From contig CAYOQI010000001.1 of NCBI GenBank assembly GCA_964406075.1, positions 197,015 through 261,014 of the forward strand: a stretch of 64,000 bases of DNA, given 5' to 3'. The stretch is from an uncultured Pseudomonadales bacterium (GTDB taxonomy: Bacteria > Patescibacteriota > Microgenomatia > UBA1400 > PJMF01). Positions 28,392-37,144 of the stretch are shown here, piece after piece. Each line of letters opens with the position of its first letter. Position 1 is the first letter of the stretch. The translations under genes were made by a program, and so were the position numbers. The notes under the pieces were generated by a model. That model ran no database searches. It was not told the DNA's origin and worked only from the letters and a program-made list of their open reading frames with translations.

Positions 28392-29114
28392 GTGAATACA
28401 CGTCTTTTCCAAAAACTCCAAAAACTTTTCTTCTTTTCGCTCAGTTCATATGGTACTTTTTTCCTCTTTCTGGAAGTTTGTCTTGGAATTTTTCTCTGCC
28501 TTTCTTCACTCATCCTTTTTATAGAAATTGGTGAGGAAGTCTTGGAGCAAGAAACACTTTTTCTCGATACAGTCATTTCGCATGCCATTTATTCTCTACG
28601 CCAGCCGTGGCTGACTCAGATCATGCGATTATTCAGTTTTTTGGGAGGGGAATTTACCACTTTTGCCTCACTCTGTATTGCACTTTTTTTTCTAAAAAAG
28701 AAACATATCCAGGAAGCCTTACTTTTTTCTATCACGGTCTTTGGTGGAAATCTGCTCAACGTGGGACTCAAAATGGTATTTCGTGTTCCGCGTCCTGCCA
28801 TTGATCCAATTTATATTGAAAAGTATTACAGTTTTCCATCCGGTCACGCGATGGGATCATTTATTTTTTACGCTAGTTTTGCCTACTTTTTTTATCACTT
28901 CACCCGCAAACGCAAGTATAGTTTGATCGTCAGTGCCTTTTCGGCGGTCATGATTTTTCTAGTTGGCTTTAGTCGCGTCTACTTAGGAGTGCACTATCCG
29001 AGTGACATTCTCGCTGGCTTCATTGTCGGCTTTTGGTGGGTGGTCACTGCGGTGCTGATTGATAAAACAGTCTACTTTTATCGACTGTATCGGAAACAAC
29101 ATCCGAGAGCGTAA
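28392..29114 (+). CDS. PAP2-family phosphatase (undecaprenyl-diphosphatase-type)
   Basis: KMVFRVPRP, PSGH and SRVYLGVHYPSD, which are the three PAP2 motifs. Multi-TM. GTG start. Confidence 0.85.
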   Translation: MNTRLFQKLQKLFFFSLSSYGTFFLFLEVCLGIFLCLSSLILFIEIGEEVLEQETLFLDTVISHAIYSLRQPWLTQIMRLFSFLGGEFTTFASLCIALFFLKKKHIQEALLFSITVFGGNLLNVGLKMVFRVPRPAIDPIYIEKYYSFPSGHAMGSFIFYASFAYFFYHFTRKRKYSLIVSAFSAVMIFLVGFSRVYLGVHYPSDILAGFIVGFWWVVTAVLIDKTVYFYRLYRKQHPRA

Positions 29115-29120
29115 AATGAT

Positions 29121-29216
29121 TCACCGTCGACGGATTAATTCGACGGTCTCCAGGCACAATCAACGGATAGCGACGGTACCGTTGACAGTGATCGACGGTA
29201 ACCGTCAACGGTTGAG
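29121..29216. repeat. Cluster of three palindromes built on CGACGGT / ACCGTYRAC
   Basis: ACCGTCGACGG...CGACGGT (29123-29147), CGACGGTACCGTTGAC (29171-29186) and CGACGGTAACCGTCAACGG (29193-29211). Confidence 0.6.
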
Positions 29217-29253
29217 CTTCTACATGATTTTTTCTGTAAAATTGATATAGTGA

Positions 29254-29808
29254 ATGTACATGTCCACTCCTTCCCAGTCAGACTGGCACCAAGTTCGAAG
29301 TACAATTGCACAAAAGGAAAAACGCTCTAGCGATGGTAAATTCACAAAAGAAGATCCTCCAATCGTGGCGTTTGAGGTAAATAATCCGGTGAATCATCTC
29401 AGAAATTGGTGGCAAAAAGTCATCGGTAAAGAAGGCATCGATATTCGGTTCAAAATTCATCCTTTGACTGCGATTATTCTGGTTTCAATCATTGCCGGAA
29501 CCAGTTTTAGTCTCGGACAAATTTCAATTCTCAAATCAGTACCGCTCATTAACCAACTTCCGATATTTCCTGAAGCTTCCCCACTTCCTACGCCAATCCC
29601 AGCCAGAAGAACGGCCTTCCGTGGACTTTTTTTCCAATCCACTCAGGGTCAAATCTACTTACTCACTGATGAAAGTGAAGCCATCATTCTCTACGATCTT
29701 CCGAGCACTGCCATGGATGAGGCGGGTGGTCAACGAGTCGTAGTCGAAGGCATGTTTGATCAAACCACTCACAGCCTGGCTGTCATGAGTTGGACCGTCC
29801 GAGAGTAG
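29254..29808 (+). CDS. hypothetical single-pass membrane protein (184 aa)
   Basis: Central TM segment LTAIILVSIIAGTSF. No motif recognised. Confidence 0.5.
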   Translation: MYMSTPSQSDWHQVRSTIAQKEKRSSDGKFTKEDPPIVAFEVNNPVNHLRNWWQKVIGKEGIDIRFKIHPLTAIILVSIIAGTSFSLGQISILKSVPLINQLPIFPEASPLPTPIPARRTAFRGLFFQSTQGQIYLLTDESEAIILYDLPSTAMDEAGGQRVVVEGMFDQTTHSLAVMSWTVRE

Positions 29809-29889
29809 TTTTTATCCCATAATACTTCTTTTTAGTCTTCATCTGTTATAATGTTGGTTCAGTTTTTTTGTTGTTTAGGAGTAAAAGCG

Positions 29890-30153
29890 ATGAGAATGCT
29901 ACTTTTGGTTGGTGACGAAAACCAACCGCAGGAAGATCACACTGAGGTCACCTTTGATAGCACCTCCTCAGAAAACTCGATTCCGCACCGCTTCGCGTGG
30001 TATTGGAGTCGAGAGATACGGCTTCGTCCTGAAATTCTGGCACCAGGAGTGGTGCACAAGATAGAGGGATTGCGTGTCAAAGTGTTAAGCGTCGAGGAAC
30101 CCATCGGTAAAAGGTCCCGTCGAAATTCTACCTTGAAGAAGAGGACCTCCTGA
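29890..30153 (+). CDS. hypothetical protein (87 aa)
   Basis: ATG at 29890 preceded by AGGAG (29876-29880). A terminator follows at 30221. Confidence 0.4.
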   Translation: MRMLLLVGDENQPQEDHTEVTFDSTSSENSIPHRFAWYWSREIRLRPEILAPGVVHKIEGLRVKVLSVEEPIGKRSRRNSTLKKRTS

Positions 30154-30220
30154 GATATTTAATTAGGCCTGGCCTGCAACTCGCAGACTTTAGCTATTAA
30201 ATACACTCACATTTTTTTCA

Positions 30221-30250
30221 TAGGCCACTTTCATGAGGTGGCCTATTTTG
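30221..30250 (+). terminator. intrinsic terminator
   Basis: TAGGCCAC-tttcatgag-GTGGCCTA followed by TTTTG. Confidence 0.65.
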
Positions 30251-30500
30251 CATCTACTGGTGAATGGAGTAGCTTTTCTTTTTCTTTTCTCGTTAACTTT
30301 TTGAGTTGAATTTCTCTCCGAAGCGCATCTCCGATCGTTTCAAATGTTTCGGAATACACCAACGTCACTGGCCGGCGAGTTTTGGTATATCGAGCTCCAG
30401 ATTTCAAATTGTTATGAGAATGCAAACGTTTTTCCAAGTTATTGGTGGAGCCAATATAGTAGGTGGAGTCTGCACACTGGAGGATGTAGATGAAGTACAT
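30243..30500 (-). CDS. GIY-YIG nuclease family protein (small, stand-alone)
   Basis: MYFIYILQC...YYIGSTNNLEKRLHSHN. Confidence 0.8.
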   Translation of the reverse strand: MYFIYILQCADSTYYIGSTNNLEKRLHSHNNLKSGARYTKTRRPVTLVYSETFETIGDALRREIQLKKLTRKEKEKLLHSPVDAK

Positions 30501-30525
30501 ACGACCATATTATACGATTGATAAG

Positions 30526-31296
30526 TTAGTATCGAAGTCTTTTTAACTTTGCTTCAAATTTAGGCATCTCTGTTTCTGAAGCCAGTTCCGTATTTCTTTC
30601 ATATAGTCTTTTTCTATTCAAATCTCCTACCAACTCATCAGTATTTATCCCATTCACCGCTTGAAACAAATAATATGGTGCCCTTGATAAAACTTTCTGT
30701 CTATTCTGATCACCTCTCGCTCCAGGAAAATCAGAAACATCTCTCTCAGATAATGGTTTTCCATAAAAATACACAGGATTAAAGAGACCTTCAATTGTCT
30801 GAATGACCTCTTCTTGAAGTTTCATTACTTCTGAAAGTTCTCCAGTGTGAATGTCTGAAAGGCCACCTTTTATTCCTTTTTGTTCAAAAAGTGACCGAAC
30901 AAGTACCCACCCTTCCGGGGTAAATAACTTCGCGCGCACCACAACTTTCACTTCAACCATAAACTTATCGTAGTCTTTGTTTTGTGGAAAATCAGGCAAA
31001 ATAATGACTTGAGTCATTCCTGCCCTACCTTCAGATGCTCTTACAATAAATTGCAAATAACTCTCCGCAACAGCTTCAATTGATTTCTTGGCTAACGGTT
31101 TCAAATCAAAAAAAGATTCGATTTCAACCTGGGAAGTCAGAGTATCCCACTGAACAATACCATTCTCATTTCGGTATTGTTGTAATAACTTCGCTAAAGG
31201 CGGACAAATTCCTCTGCCTACAATTTCTGTTTCAATCCACTTTTGAATAGCAAGAACTTCTTTGGGAATAGGACGTTTTTTTATTTTTTCTGACAT
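30526..31296 (-). CDS. hypothetical protein (256 aa)
   Basis: Long ORF with no motif recognised. Confidence 0.55.
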   Translation of the reverse strand: MSEKIKKRPIPKEVLAIQKWIETEIVGRGICPPLAKLLQQYRNENGIVQWDTLTSQVEIESFFDLKPLAKKSIEAVAESYLQFIVRASEGRAGMTQVIILPDFPQNKDYDKFMVEVKVVVRAKLFTPEGWVLVRSLFEQKGIKGGLSDIHTGELSEVMKLQEEVIQTIEGLFNPVYFYGKPLSERDVSDFPGARGDQNRQKVLSRAPYYLFQAVNGINTDELVGDLNRKRLYERNTELASETEMPKFEAKLKRLRY

Positions 31297-31361
31297 AAAA
31301 AATATTCATGTATAAAGAAAGTGGGATTATAGCGGAAAAAAGGAGAATGTTAGAACTTGGT

Positions 31362-31730
31362 TTACTTTGCCGGCTCAAACAACTCAATCGGATTTCCTGA
31401 TGGATCTTCAATAAGAATTTGCTTGCCACCAGGTCCGGTAAGTATATCGTTGCGAAAAGTAAGTGATTCAGTTTTGAGCTTCTGCACCATCTCAACTATA
31501 TTTTCTACTTCAATGACAAATCTACTCCAACCTCCAGGCACAGGCATGTCACCGTTGGACATTGGACGTGCTGCTGAGCTTTGGGGGCCACTCAACCATA
31601 AAACCAAATCGCCTTTGGAAACTTTGGCAAAAGCAGGCGCCATGCTCTCATCTAAATGAAAACCAAGATGAGTTGTGTAGAAATAGATTGATTCCTCAAC
31701 GTCTTTGACCAAATAGCGAACTGTAATCAT
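31362..31730 (-). CDS. VOC (glyoxalase/bleomycin-resistance) family protein
   Basis: MITVRYLVKDVEESIYFYT..LGF and C-terminal EDPSGNPIEL. Start placed at the ATG at 31730. Confidence 0.75.
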   Translation of the reverse strand: MITVRYLVKDVEESIYFYTTHLGFHLDESMAPAFAKVSKGDLVLWLSGPQSSAARPMSNGDMPVPGGWSRFVIEVENIVEMVQKLKTESLTFRNDILTGPGGKQILIEDPSGNPIELFEPAK

Positions 31731-31815
31731 AGTTGTCTTTCTTTTAAGAAAATGAAAACAGAGATAACCACATTCTATCAAAACTTGAATAACAAAAGTA
31801 CGTTAGTGCCAATTG

Positions 31816-31886
31816 CTGCCGGACTAGGGGTCGAACCTAGATGAATGGATTCAGAGTCCACTATCCTGCCATTAGATGATCCGGCA
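31816..31886 (-). tRNA. tRNA-Gln: tRNA-Gln (anticodon CUG)
   Basis: Folded by hand. Acceptor TGCCGGA/TCCGGCA with U1-A72 and discriminator G73, as in bacterial tRNA-Gln. D stem ATC/GAT. Anticodon stem GTGGA/TCCAT with loop CTCTGAA. T arm CTAGG-TTCGACC-CCTAG. 71 nt. CCA is not encoded. Confidence 0.85.
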
Positions 31887-31932
31887 AATTCTCCTACTCA
31901 TTTTAACAGAAAAAGCTATAATTCGGCACGAT

Positions 31933-32286
31933 ATGCCGATCAATCTAGAAACTATCTATTTTGGAAAAAAAAGCTTGAGAACTGTTTCCGAATTAACACC
32001 CGGAACGAGTGTTTACCTCACCACTCCAAAAATACCAAAAAATCAAACTCTTCCATCTCAGTTTGTCGTTAAAGTGATTAACCGTGAAACAATTCGACTC
32101 ACAGTACAAACAAGTGACATCCTCAAAGTGCTTCAAGAATTTCCCTTATTTAATGAAGTGTTACCAGCAACCAGAACAGAGGGTGCAATACTACTCGAAG
32201 GAGAAATCATAAATCGTATGAATTTGGAATCATTGCCTGATTGTTTGCAAAGAACATATCGAATCCACTATCGATCAACACAATAA
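31933..32286 (+). CDS. hypothetical protein (117 aa)
   Basis: The track ORF start (31876) overlaps the tRNA, so I trimmed it to the ATG at 31933. Confidence 0.4.
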   Translation: MPINLETIYFGKKSLRTVSELTPGTSVYLTTPKIPKNQTLPSQFVVKVINRETIRLTVQTSDILKVLQEFPLFNEVLPATRTEGAILLEGEIINRMNLESLPDCLQRTYRIHYRSTQ

Positions 32287-32291
32287 TTTTC

Positions 32292-32828
32292 CTAACTCTT
32301 CAACTTTTCCTTATACAAATCTTCCAACTTGTGAACTTTGGGAGCGATCACAATCTGACAGTACGGTGCGTTTTTGTGCGTTTCAAAATAATTTTTGTGA
32401 TAATCTTCAGCTTCGTAAAATTTAGTTAACGGTTCTAGTGTTGTCACAATCGGGTCTTTAAATTCTTTGGACTCATGTAATTTTTTAATAAAATTTTCAG
32501 CCTGCTTTTTCTGTTCATCACTGGAATAGAACACAGCCGACCGATATTGAGTTCCTTCATCTGCACCTTGTTTGTTTAAAGTAGTTGGATCATGTGTGTG
32601 AAAAAAGATGTCTAACAATTCTTCATAACTTAGAACTTCAGAATCAAACTCAATTTTGACCACTTCTGCATGATTGGTATTTCCCATTGAGACTTGGTCA
32701 TAACTAGGATCTTCAACAGTTCCACCAGCATAACCAGGAACAGCTGAGATCACACCGTTTAATCTTAAAAAGATGGCTTCTGTACACCAGAAACATCCAC
32801 CGCCAAAAACTGCAGTTTCTTTTGTCAT
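32292..32828 (-). CDS. msrA: peptide-methionine (S)-S-oxide reductase
   Basis: GGGCFWCTEAIF active-site motif. Confidence 0.9.
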   Translation of the reverse strand: MTKETAVFGGGCFWCTEAIFLRLNGVISAVPGYAGGTVEDPSYDQVSMGNTNHAEVVKIEFDSEVLSYEELLDIFFHTHDPTTLNKQGADEGTQYRSAVFYSSDEQKKQAENFIKKLHESKEFKDPIVTTLEPLTKFYEAEDYHKNYFETHKNAPYCQIVIAPKVHKLEDLYKEKLKS

Positions 32829-33199
32829 ATGTTTGTTTCCTTTTTTACAAACTTCATCGAAATGGAGTTCACACAGTGTCGAGTATTTTTCTCCGTAAAC
32901 CCTTCCCCTTCAAACACATGCCCGAGATGTGCTCCACAGGTCGCACACTCAATCTCAATTCTCTGTCCGTCGGGATCAGGTAATTTCTTCACTGCTCCCG
33001 GAATTTCTTGATCAAAACTTGGCCATCCACAACCTGAATGAAATTTTGCATTGGAAACGTACAAAGGAGTTTCGCAACGTCGACAAATATATGAGCCCTC
33101 TTCCCAAAACTCATCATACTCGCCGGTGAACGGCATTTCCGTCCCTTTATTGACGATCACTCGTTCTTCTTCTGGAGTTAATGTGTTCATTTTTGCCAT
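32825..33199 (-). CDS. msrB: peptide-methionine (R)-S-oxide reductase
   Basis: Two CxxC pairs (CRRC, CATC), HLGHVF and RHCVNS. It overlaps msrA by 4 nt. Confidence 0.9.
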   Translation of the reverse strand: MAKMNTLTPEEERVIVNKGTEMPFTGEYDEFWEEGSYICRRCETPLYVSNAKFHSGCGWPSFDQEIPGAVKKLPDPDGQRIEIECATCGAHLGHVFEGEGFTEKNTRHCVNSISMKFVKKETNI

Positions 33200-33215
33200 A
33201 AATTTCTTCTCTCAC

Positions 33216-33350
33216 TGTCATTCTGAATACTCAAGTGTATTCACGTGAGATGAAGAATCCCGTCGTTAAAGAAGTGCTAAAAAAAGCAACCTCAATCTTT
33301 CCACCGGATCCTTCGCTTCTCGCGATTACGCAAGAACACTCAGGATGACA
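33216..33350. repeat. Complete R1 element: two R1 hairpin halves in inverted orientation (MITE-like, 135 bp)
   Basis: Left half 33216-33265 is TGTCATTCTGA...GAAGAATCCCGTCG. Right half 33304-33350 is CCGGATCCTTCGC...TCAGGATGACA. The ends form the TIR TGTCATYCTGA/TCAGGATGACA. Homologous to 46434-46573. Confidence 0.7.
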
Positions 33351-33367
33351 ATCGTTTACTATTTATT

Positions 33368-33793
33368 TTAAATTGCAAACATCCCCATTCCACCAGCCTT
33401 TTCAGCTTCCTTAATCAATTCTTTTAGTACATCTAAATTAATATCGGACAGTTTTTTAAACCGAATACAACTCTTTCCCACGCTTACTTTTCCCAATCGA
33501 TCTTTATTTGTCTCGGCAATATACTTTCCATCTTTTACTGCACAGACATAAACAGAAATGTAATTTTTTCGATTTGATAAAAGAATCAACGACCAATCAC
33601 CTTCTCGACCACTTTTGGTTTTGTAATGATACTTGCCGTACCCAATCATGCCACTAATTATTTGAGGTTTTAGGTCAGGAACAGTTTTTTGAATGAGTTG
33701 ATGCAAGGTGTTCATATCTTCTTTTCGCTCATCATCAATATGAGCAAGATATTCGTTCGGAGTCGTGTATTGGCTTGGTTGAAACATGTTCAT
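33368..33793 (-). CDS. DUF1801 (YdhG-like) domain protein
   Basis: Size and pattern (EYLAHI...LHQLIQKTVPDL...MIGYGKYHYK) are recalled from that family. Moderate confidence. Confidence 0.5.
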   Translation of the reverse strand: MNMFQPSQYTTPNEYLAHIDDERKEDMNTLHQLIQKTVPDLKPQIISGMIGYGKYHYKTKSGREGDWSLILLSNRKNYISVYVCAVKDGKYIAETNKDRLGKVSVGKSCIRFKKLSDINLDVLKELIKEAEKAGGMGMFAI

Positions 33794-33851
33794 ATATTAA
33801 AATTATACCCTACCTTAGCTGAACCTCTCACCTCTGAGTTATAATACTCCC

Positions 33852-34622
33852 ATGTCACCAAAAACTGCTATTTCTCTCAATAATTTGAAAACAGAACTTC
33901 AACGCACAGCTAACTCTGACAAAATTCCTGGACTTCAACGTTACTTTAAAACTGGTCCCGGTGAGTATGCCGAAGGCGACGTCTTTATTGGGTTAACAGT
34001 GCCACAACAACGCACGTTAGCCAAAAAATATCGAACACTTTCATTAGATGAAGTGGAGAAATTAATTCAAAGTAAAATTCATGAAGAGCGTTTAACAGCA
34101 CTCCTGATTTTGGAACTGCAGTTTCAGAAGGCGAAAACCAAACGTAAAATTTTAATAGAATTTTATTTAAAAAATAAAAAACATATTAATAATTGGGACT
34201 TGGTAGATACATCTGCCGAAATGCTGGGTGAGTATTTAGACGAACAAAATGACTTTTCGATTCTGGAAAAACTGTTAACTTCCGAGTCAGTTTGGGATCG
34301 TCGCATTGCTATCATTGCTACATTTTTTTTGATTAAAAAAAAGAGACCAGAACTTACACTTCAGTTTGCAAAAGTGGTGCTCGAAGATCAAAATCATTTA
34401 ATTCAAAAATCTACAGGATGGATGTTGCGTGAAATCGGAAAACGTTGTGGAGAAAAAGTTTTAACAAACTTTCTCGATCAATACGTTATTCAAATGCCTA
34501 CCATTATGTTCTCCTATGCGACGGAACGCCTTACAATAGCAAAAAAGAGTTACTATCAACAAATACGCCGTGATCACAGAAAAACTCTTGTGATCTCACA
34601 CTTAAACGAAAAACTCAATTAA
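33852..34622 (+). CDS. DNA alkylation repair (AlkD-like HEAT-repeat) protein
   Basis: LQRYFKTGPGEYAEGDVFIGLTVPQQR and NNWDLVD motifs. Confidence 0.75.
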   Translation: MSPKTAISLNNLKTELQRTANSDKIPGLQRYFKTGPGEYAEGDVFIGLTVPQQRTLAKKYRTLSLDEVEKLIQSKIHEERLTALLILELQFQKAKTKRKILIEFYLKNKKHINNWDLVDTSAEMLGEYLDEQNDFSILEKLLTSESVWDRRIAIIATFFLIKKKRPELTLQFAKVVLEDQNHLIQKSTGWMLREIGKRCGEKVLTNFLDQYVIQMPTIMFSYATERLTIAKKSYYQQIRRDHRKTLVISHLNEKLN

Positions 34623-34627
34623 AAAAT

Positions 34628-35605
34628 ATGAAAACAACAATATACGGCTCAGATCAACTGGAACAAGGACTTTCCTTAGCTGTAGAGAAACTTCGCCATG
34701 ATGAAGTGGTGGCTTTTCCAACTGAAACTGTCTATGGTTTGGGTGCTCGAATTTTTTCTCCGTCAGCAATTCAAAAAATTTACCAAGCCAAAGGTCGCCC
34801 AAGTGATAATCCTTTAATTGCTCACATCAGTAATATGGATCAAGTCAAAATGATTGCCAAAGATCTTCCTAAAACTTTTGAAATTTTAAGTGCAGCGTTT
34901 TTTCCTGGACCCTTAACTCTTATCGTTCCCAAACATCCAAATGTTCCAGATGAAGCCTCAGCTGATTTACCAACAATTGGAGTTCGGATGCCCAATCATC
35001 CCTTAGCACTCGCACTGATTGAACACACTGGTGAACCCATCGTCGCCCCTTCTGCGAATTTATCTGGAAAACCAAGTCCAACTCAGGCCAAACATGTGCT
35101 GAAAGATTTAGATGGAAAAATCGAAATCATTTTAGATGGAGGTCCATGTCAGATTGGAATTGAATCCACAATCTTAGATCTCACCACACCAACTCCCACA
35201 ATTCTTCGTCCTGGAGCAATTACCAAAAATGAAATTGAAGAAGTCCTCGGAAGCGAGATTCACCAATCAACTCACGTTGATGATAATGCCACACCAAAAG
35301 CGCCCGGTATGAAGTATCGCCACTATGCGCCGGTTGCCAAAGTTGTAATTATGGAAAACTGGTCAGACGCTAATATTCAAGAAGTTATTGAATTAAAAGA
35401 TACTTCAGTAGTACTCAGTGATAGCGAACTTCCGGAGAAACTTAAAAATGTGGCAAGAGTCTGGTCACTCACGACTGCATCACTCTATAGCGCTTTTCGC
35501 CAGGCTGACGAAGATCAACTCACTCATATTTTTCTTGCCCTGTCATCAAATCTTCAACAAAACACAGGTCTCTTTGATCGTATTCTCAAAGCATCCCAGG
35601 AATAA
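34628..35605 (+). CDS. tsaC: L-threonylcarbamoyladenylate synthase (Sua5/YwlC type, with the Sua5 C-terminal domain)
   Basis: VVAFPTETVYGLGA, KGRPSDNPLIAHI and SANLSGKPS. Confidence 0.9.
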   Translation: MKTTIYGSDQLEQGLSLAVEKLRHDEVVAFPTETVYGLGARIFSPSAIQKIYQAKGRPSDNPLIAHISNMDQVKMIAKDLPKTFEILSAAFFPGPLTLIVPKHPNVPDEASADLPTIGVRMPNHPLALALIEHTGEPIVAPSANLSGKPSPTQAKHVLKDLDGKIEIILDGGPCQIGIESTILDLTTPTPTILRPGAITKNEIEEVLGSEIHQSTHVDDNATPKAPGMKYRHYAPVAKVVIMENWSDANIQEVIELKDTSVVLSDSELPEKLKNVARVWSLTTASLYSAFRQADEDQLTHIFLALSSNLQQNTGLFDRILKASQE

Positions 35606-35611
35606 TCCTGG

Positions 35612-35650
35612 TGAACCAATGAACCTGCACCTGACAGCTGGAACCTATTC
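35612..35650 (-). repeat. Heptad-like array; plus strand reads TGAACCAATGAACCTGCACCTGACAGCTGGAACCTATTC
   Basis: ACCT/AGCT recurs at 6-8-nt spacing between tsaC and the beta-CASP gene. Confidence 0.5.
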
Positions 35651-35668
35651 CGTTATACTTTTTGAACT

Positions 35669-37015
35669 ATGAACATCACATTTCTTGGTGCTGCCGGCAC
35701 AGTTACAGGCTCAAGCTATTTGTTAACAACTGACAATGGTGAAAAAATCCTCATCGATATGGGGATGTTCCAAGGCAACGAAGAAATCATGTCGATCAAC
35801 AATGAACCCTTGCAATTTGATCCGAAATCAATTGATGCAGTCATCCTCACCCATGCTCACATTGATCACAATGGTCGACTCCCGATGTTAGCAAAGCATG
35901 GGTACAAAGGCCCAATTTACATGACTGAGGCCACTCAGTTATTAAGTGAACTCACACTTTTGGATTCTGCCAAAATTGCTGCTGAGAACGCCACTGTCGA
36001 TCCTCTCTACAGCGATCAAGACGTCTATGCCACGCTGAATTTAGCTCGTATTGTTCGATATGGTGAACAAATTAATATTGGCTCACTCAAATGCATTTTT
36101 CGTGATGCAGGTCACATTCTCGGTTCTGCCAGTATTGAATTGATCAACAATGAAAAAAAACGTATTATTTTCAGTGGTGATCTCGGGAATTCACCGGAAG
36201 ATTTAGTCAGACCAACAGAATTAATTCCTGAAGGTGATGTCGTCATCATGGAATCCACCTATGGCGATCATGCGCACTCAACCGAAGATCCAAATGCAAT
36301 TCTCCAGCAAGAAATTAATCGGGTTGAAAAAAATGGTGGTGCCTTATTAATTCCTGCTTTTTCGTTAGAACGATCTCAAATCTTACTGTATAAAATTGAT
36401 AAGTTAAAACGTGATGGTTTAGTAAAAATGGAAACACCAGTCTTTTTAGACAGTCCTATGGCGGTGAGAGCCACTCGTATTTATAAAGATTTTAAAGAAT
36501 TACACAATGTGACATATTTAGCTCAAGAACAATTTGATGACCCACTCGATTTTCCTGGTTTAGAAATGATCGAAGATGTTCACAAAAGTCGTGAGATCAA
36601 ACGTCGAGAAGGTGCCAAAGTCATCATTGCGGGAAGTGGCATGATGTCAGGTGGTCGAATCCTTGGTCACTCAATCGAATTTCTTCCTCTCGAAACCACT
36701 CGTCTTCTGATCGTAGGTTTCCAAGGTGAAGGCACACTTGGTCGACAAATTGAAGAGGGTGCAAAAGTAGTGACAATTTTTGATACTGAAGTTGCAATAA
36801 ATGCGACAGTGCGTAAACTGTCTTCGATCAGTGCTCATGCCGATCAACCAAAATTGATGAGTTGGCTGAGTTACATCCAAGGGGTAAAACAAGTTTTCCT
36901 CACTCACGGTGAAGATGACAGTCGAAATATTTTATCGGAAAAAATTAAAGCCGATTTAGATATTAAAAATGTGATACTTCCAAAACGTGGTGAACAAATA
37001 GATATTCAGTTGTAA
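35669..37015 (+). CDS. MBL-fold beta-CASP RNA-metabolising hydrolase (RNase J/CPSF-like)
   Basis: HAHIDHNGRLP, ESTYGD and C-terminal SAHAD. Confidence 0.85.
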   Translation: MNITFLGAAGTVTGSSYLLTTDNGEKILIDMGMFQGNEEIMSINNEPLQFDPKSIDAVILTHAHIDHNGRLPMLAKHGYKGPIYMTEATQLLSELTLLDSAKIAAENATVDPLYSDQDVYATLNLARIVRYGEQINIGSLKCIFRDAGHILGSASIELINNEKKRIIFSGDLGNSPEDLVRPTELIPEGDVVIMESTYGDHAHSTEDPNAILQQEINRVEKNGGALLIPAFSLERSQILLYKIDKLKRDGLVKMETPVFLDSPMAVRATRIYKDFKELHNVTYLAQEQFDDPLDFPGLEMIEDVHKSREIKRREGAKVIIAGSGMMSGGRILGHSIEFLPLETTRLLIVGFQGEGTLGRQIEEGAKVVTIFDTEVAINATVRKLSSISAHADQPKLMSWLSYIQGVKQVFLTHGEDDSRNILSEKIKADLDIKNVILPKRGEQIDIQL

Positions 37016-37109
37016 TTTTTCTTAACTCTAACTACTTAGCTACATACTGTTTTTTTGTGCAAATTTTGTCAAAAATATTCATTTCAATAAACTTAAAGCA
37101 AATACTAAA

Positions 37110-37144
37110 ACCTGATACCTTGCCCCTAATCCCTAGCAAACCTA
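37110..37144 (-). repeat. Heptad array; plus strand reads ACCTGAT ACCTTGC CCCTAAT CCCTAGC AAACCTA
   Basis: Read directly. It spans the stop codon of the DUF2207 gene. Confidence 0.65.

Noticed and set aside
31845-31932. Starts of plus-strand ORFs 31845..32072 and 31876..32286
   Set aside because: They overlap the tRNA-Gln gene (31816-31886). I kept only the portion from the ATG at 31933, and with low confidence.
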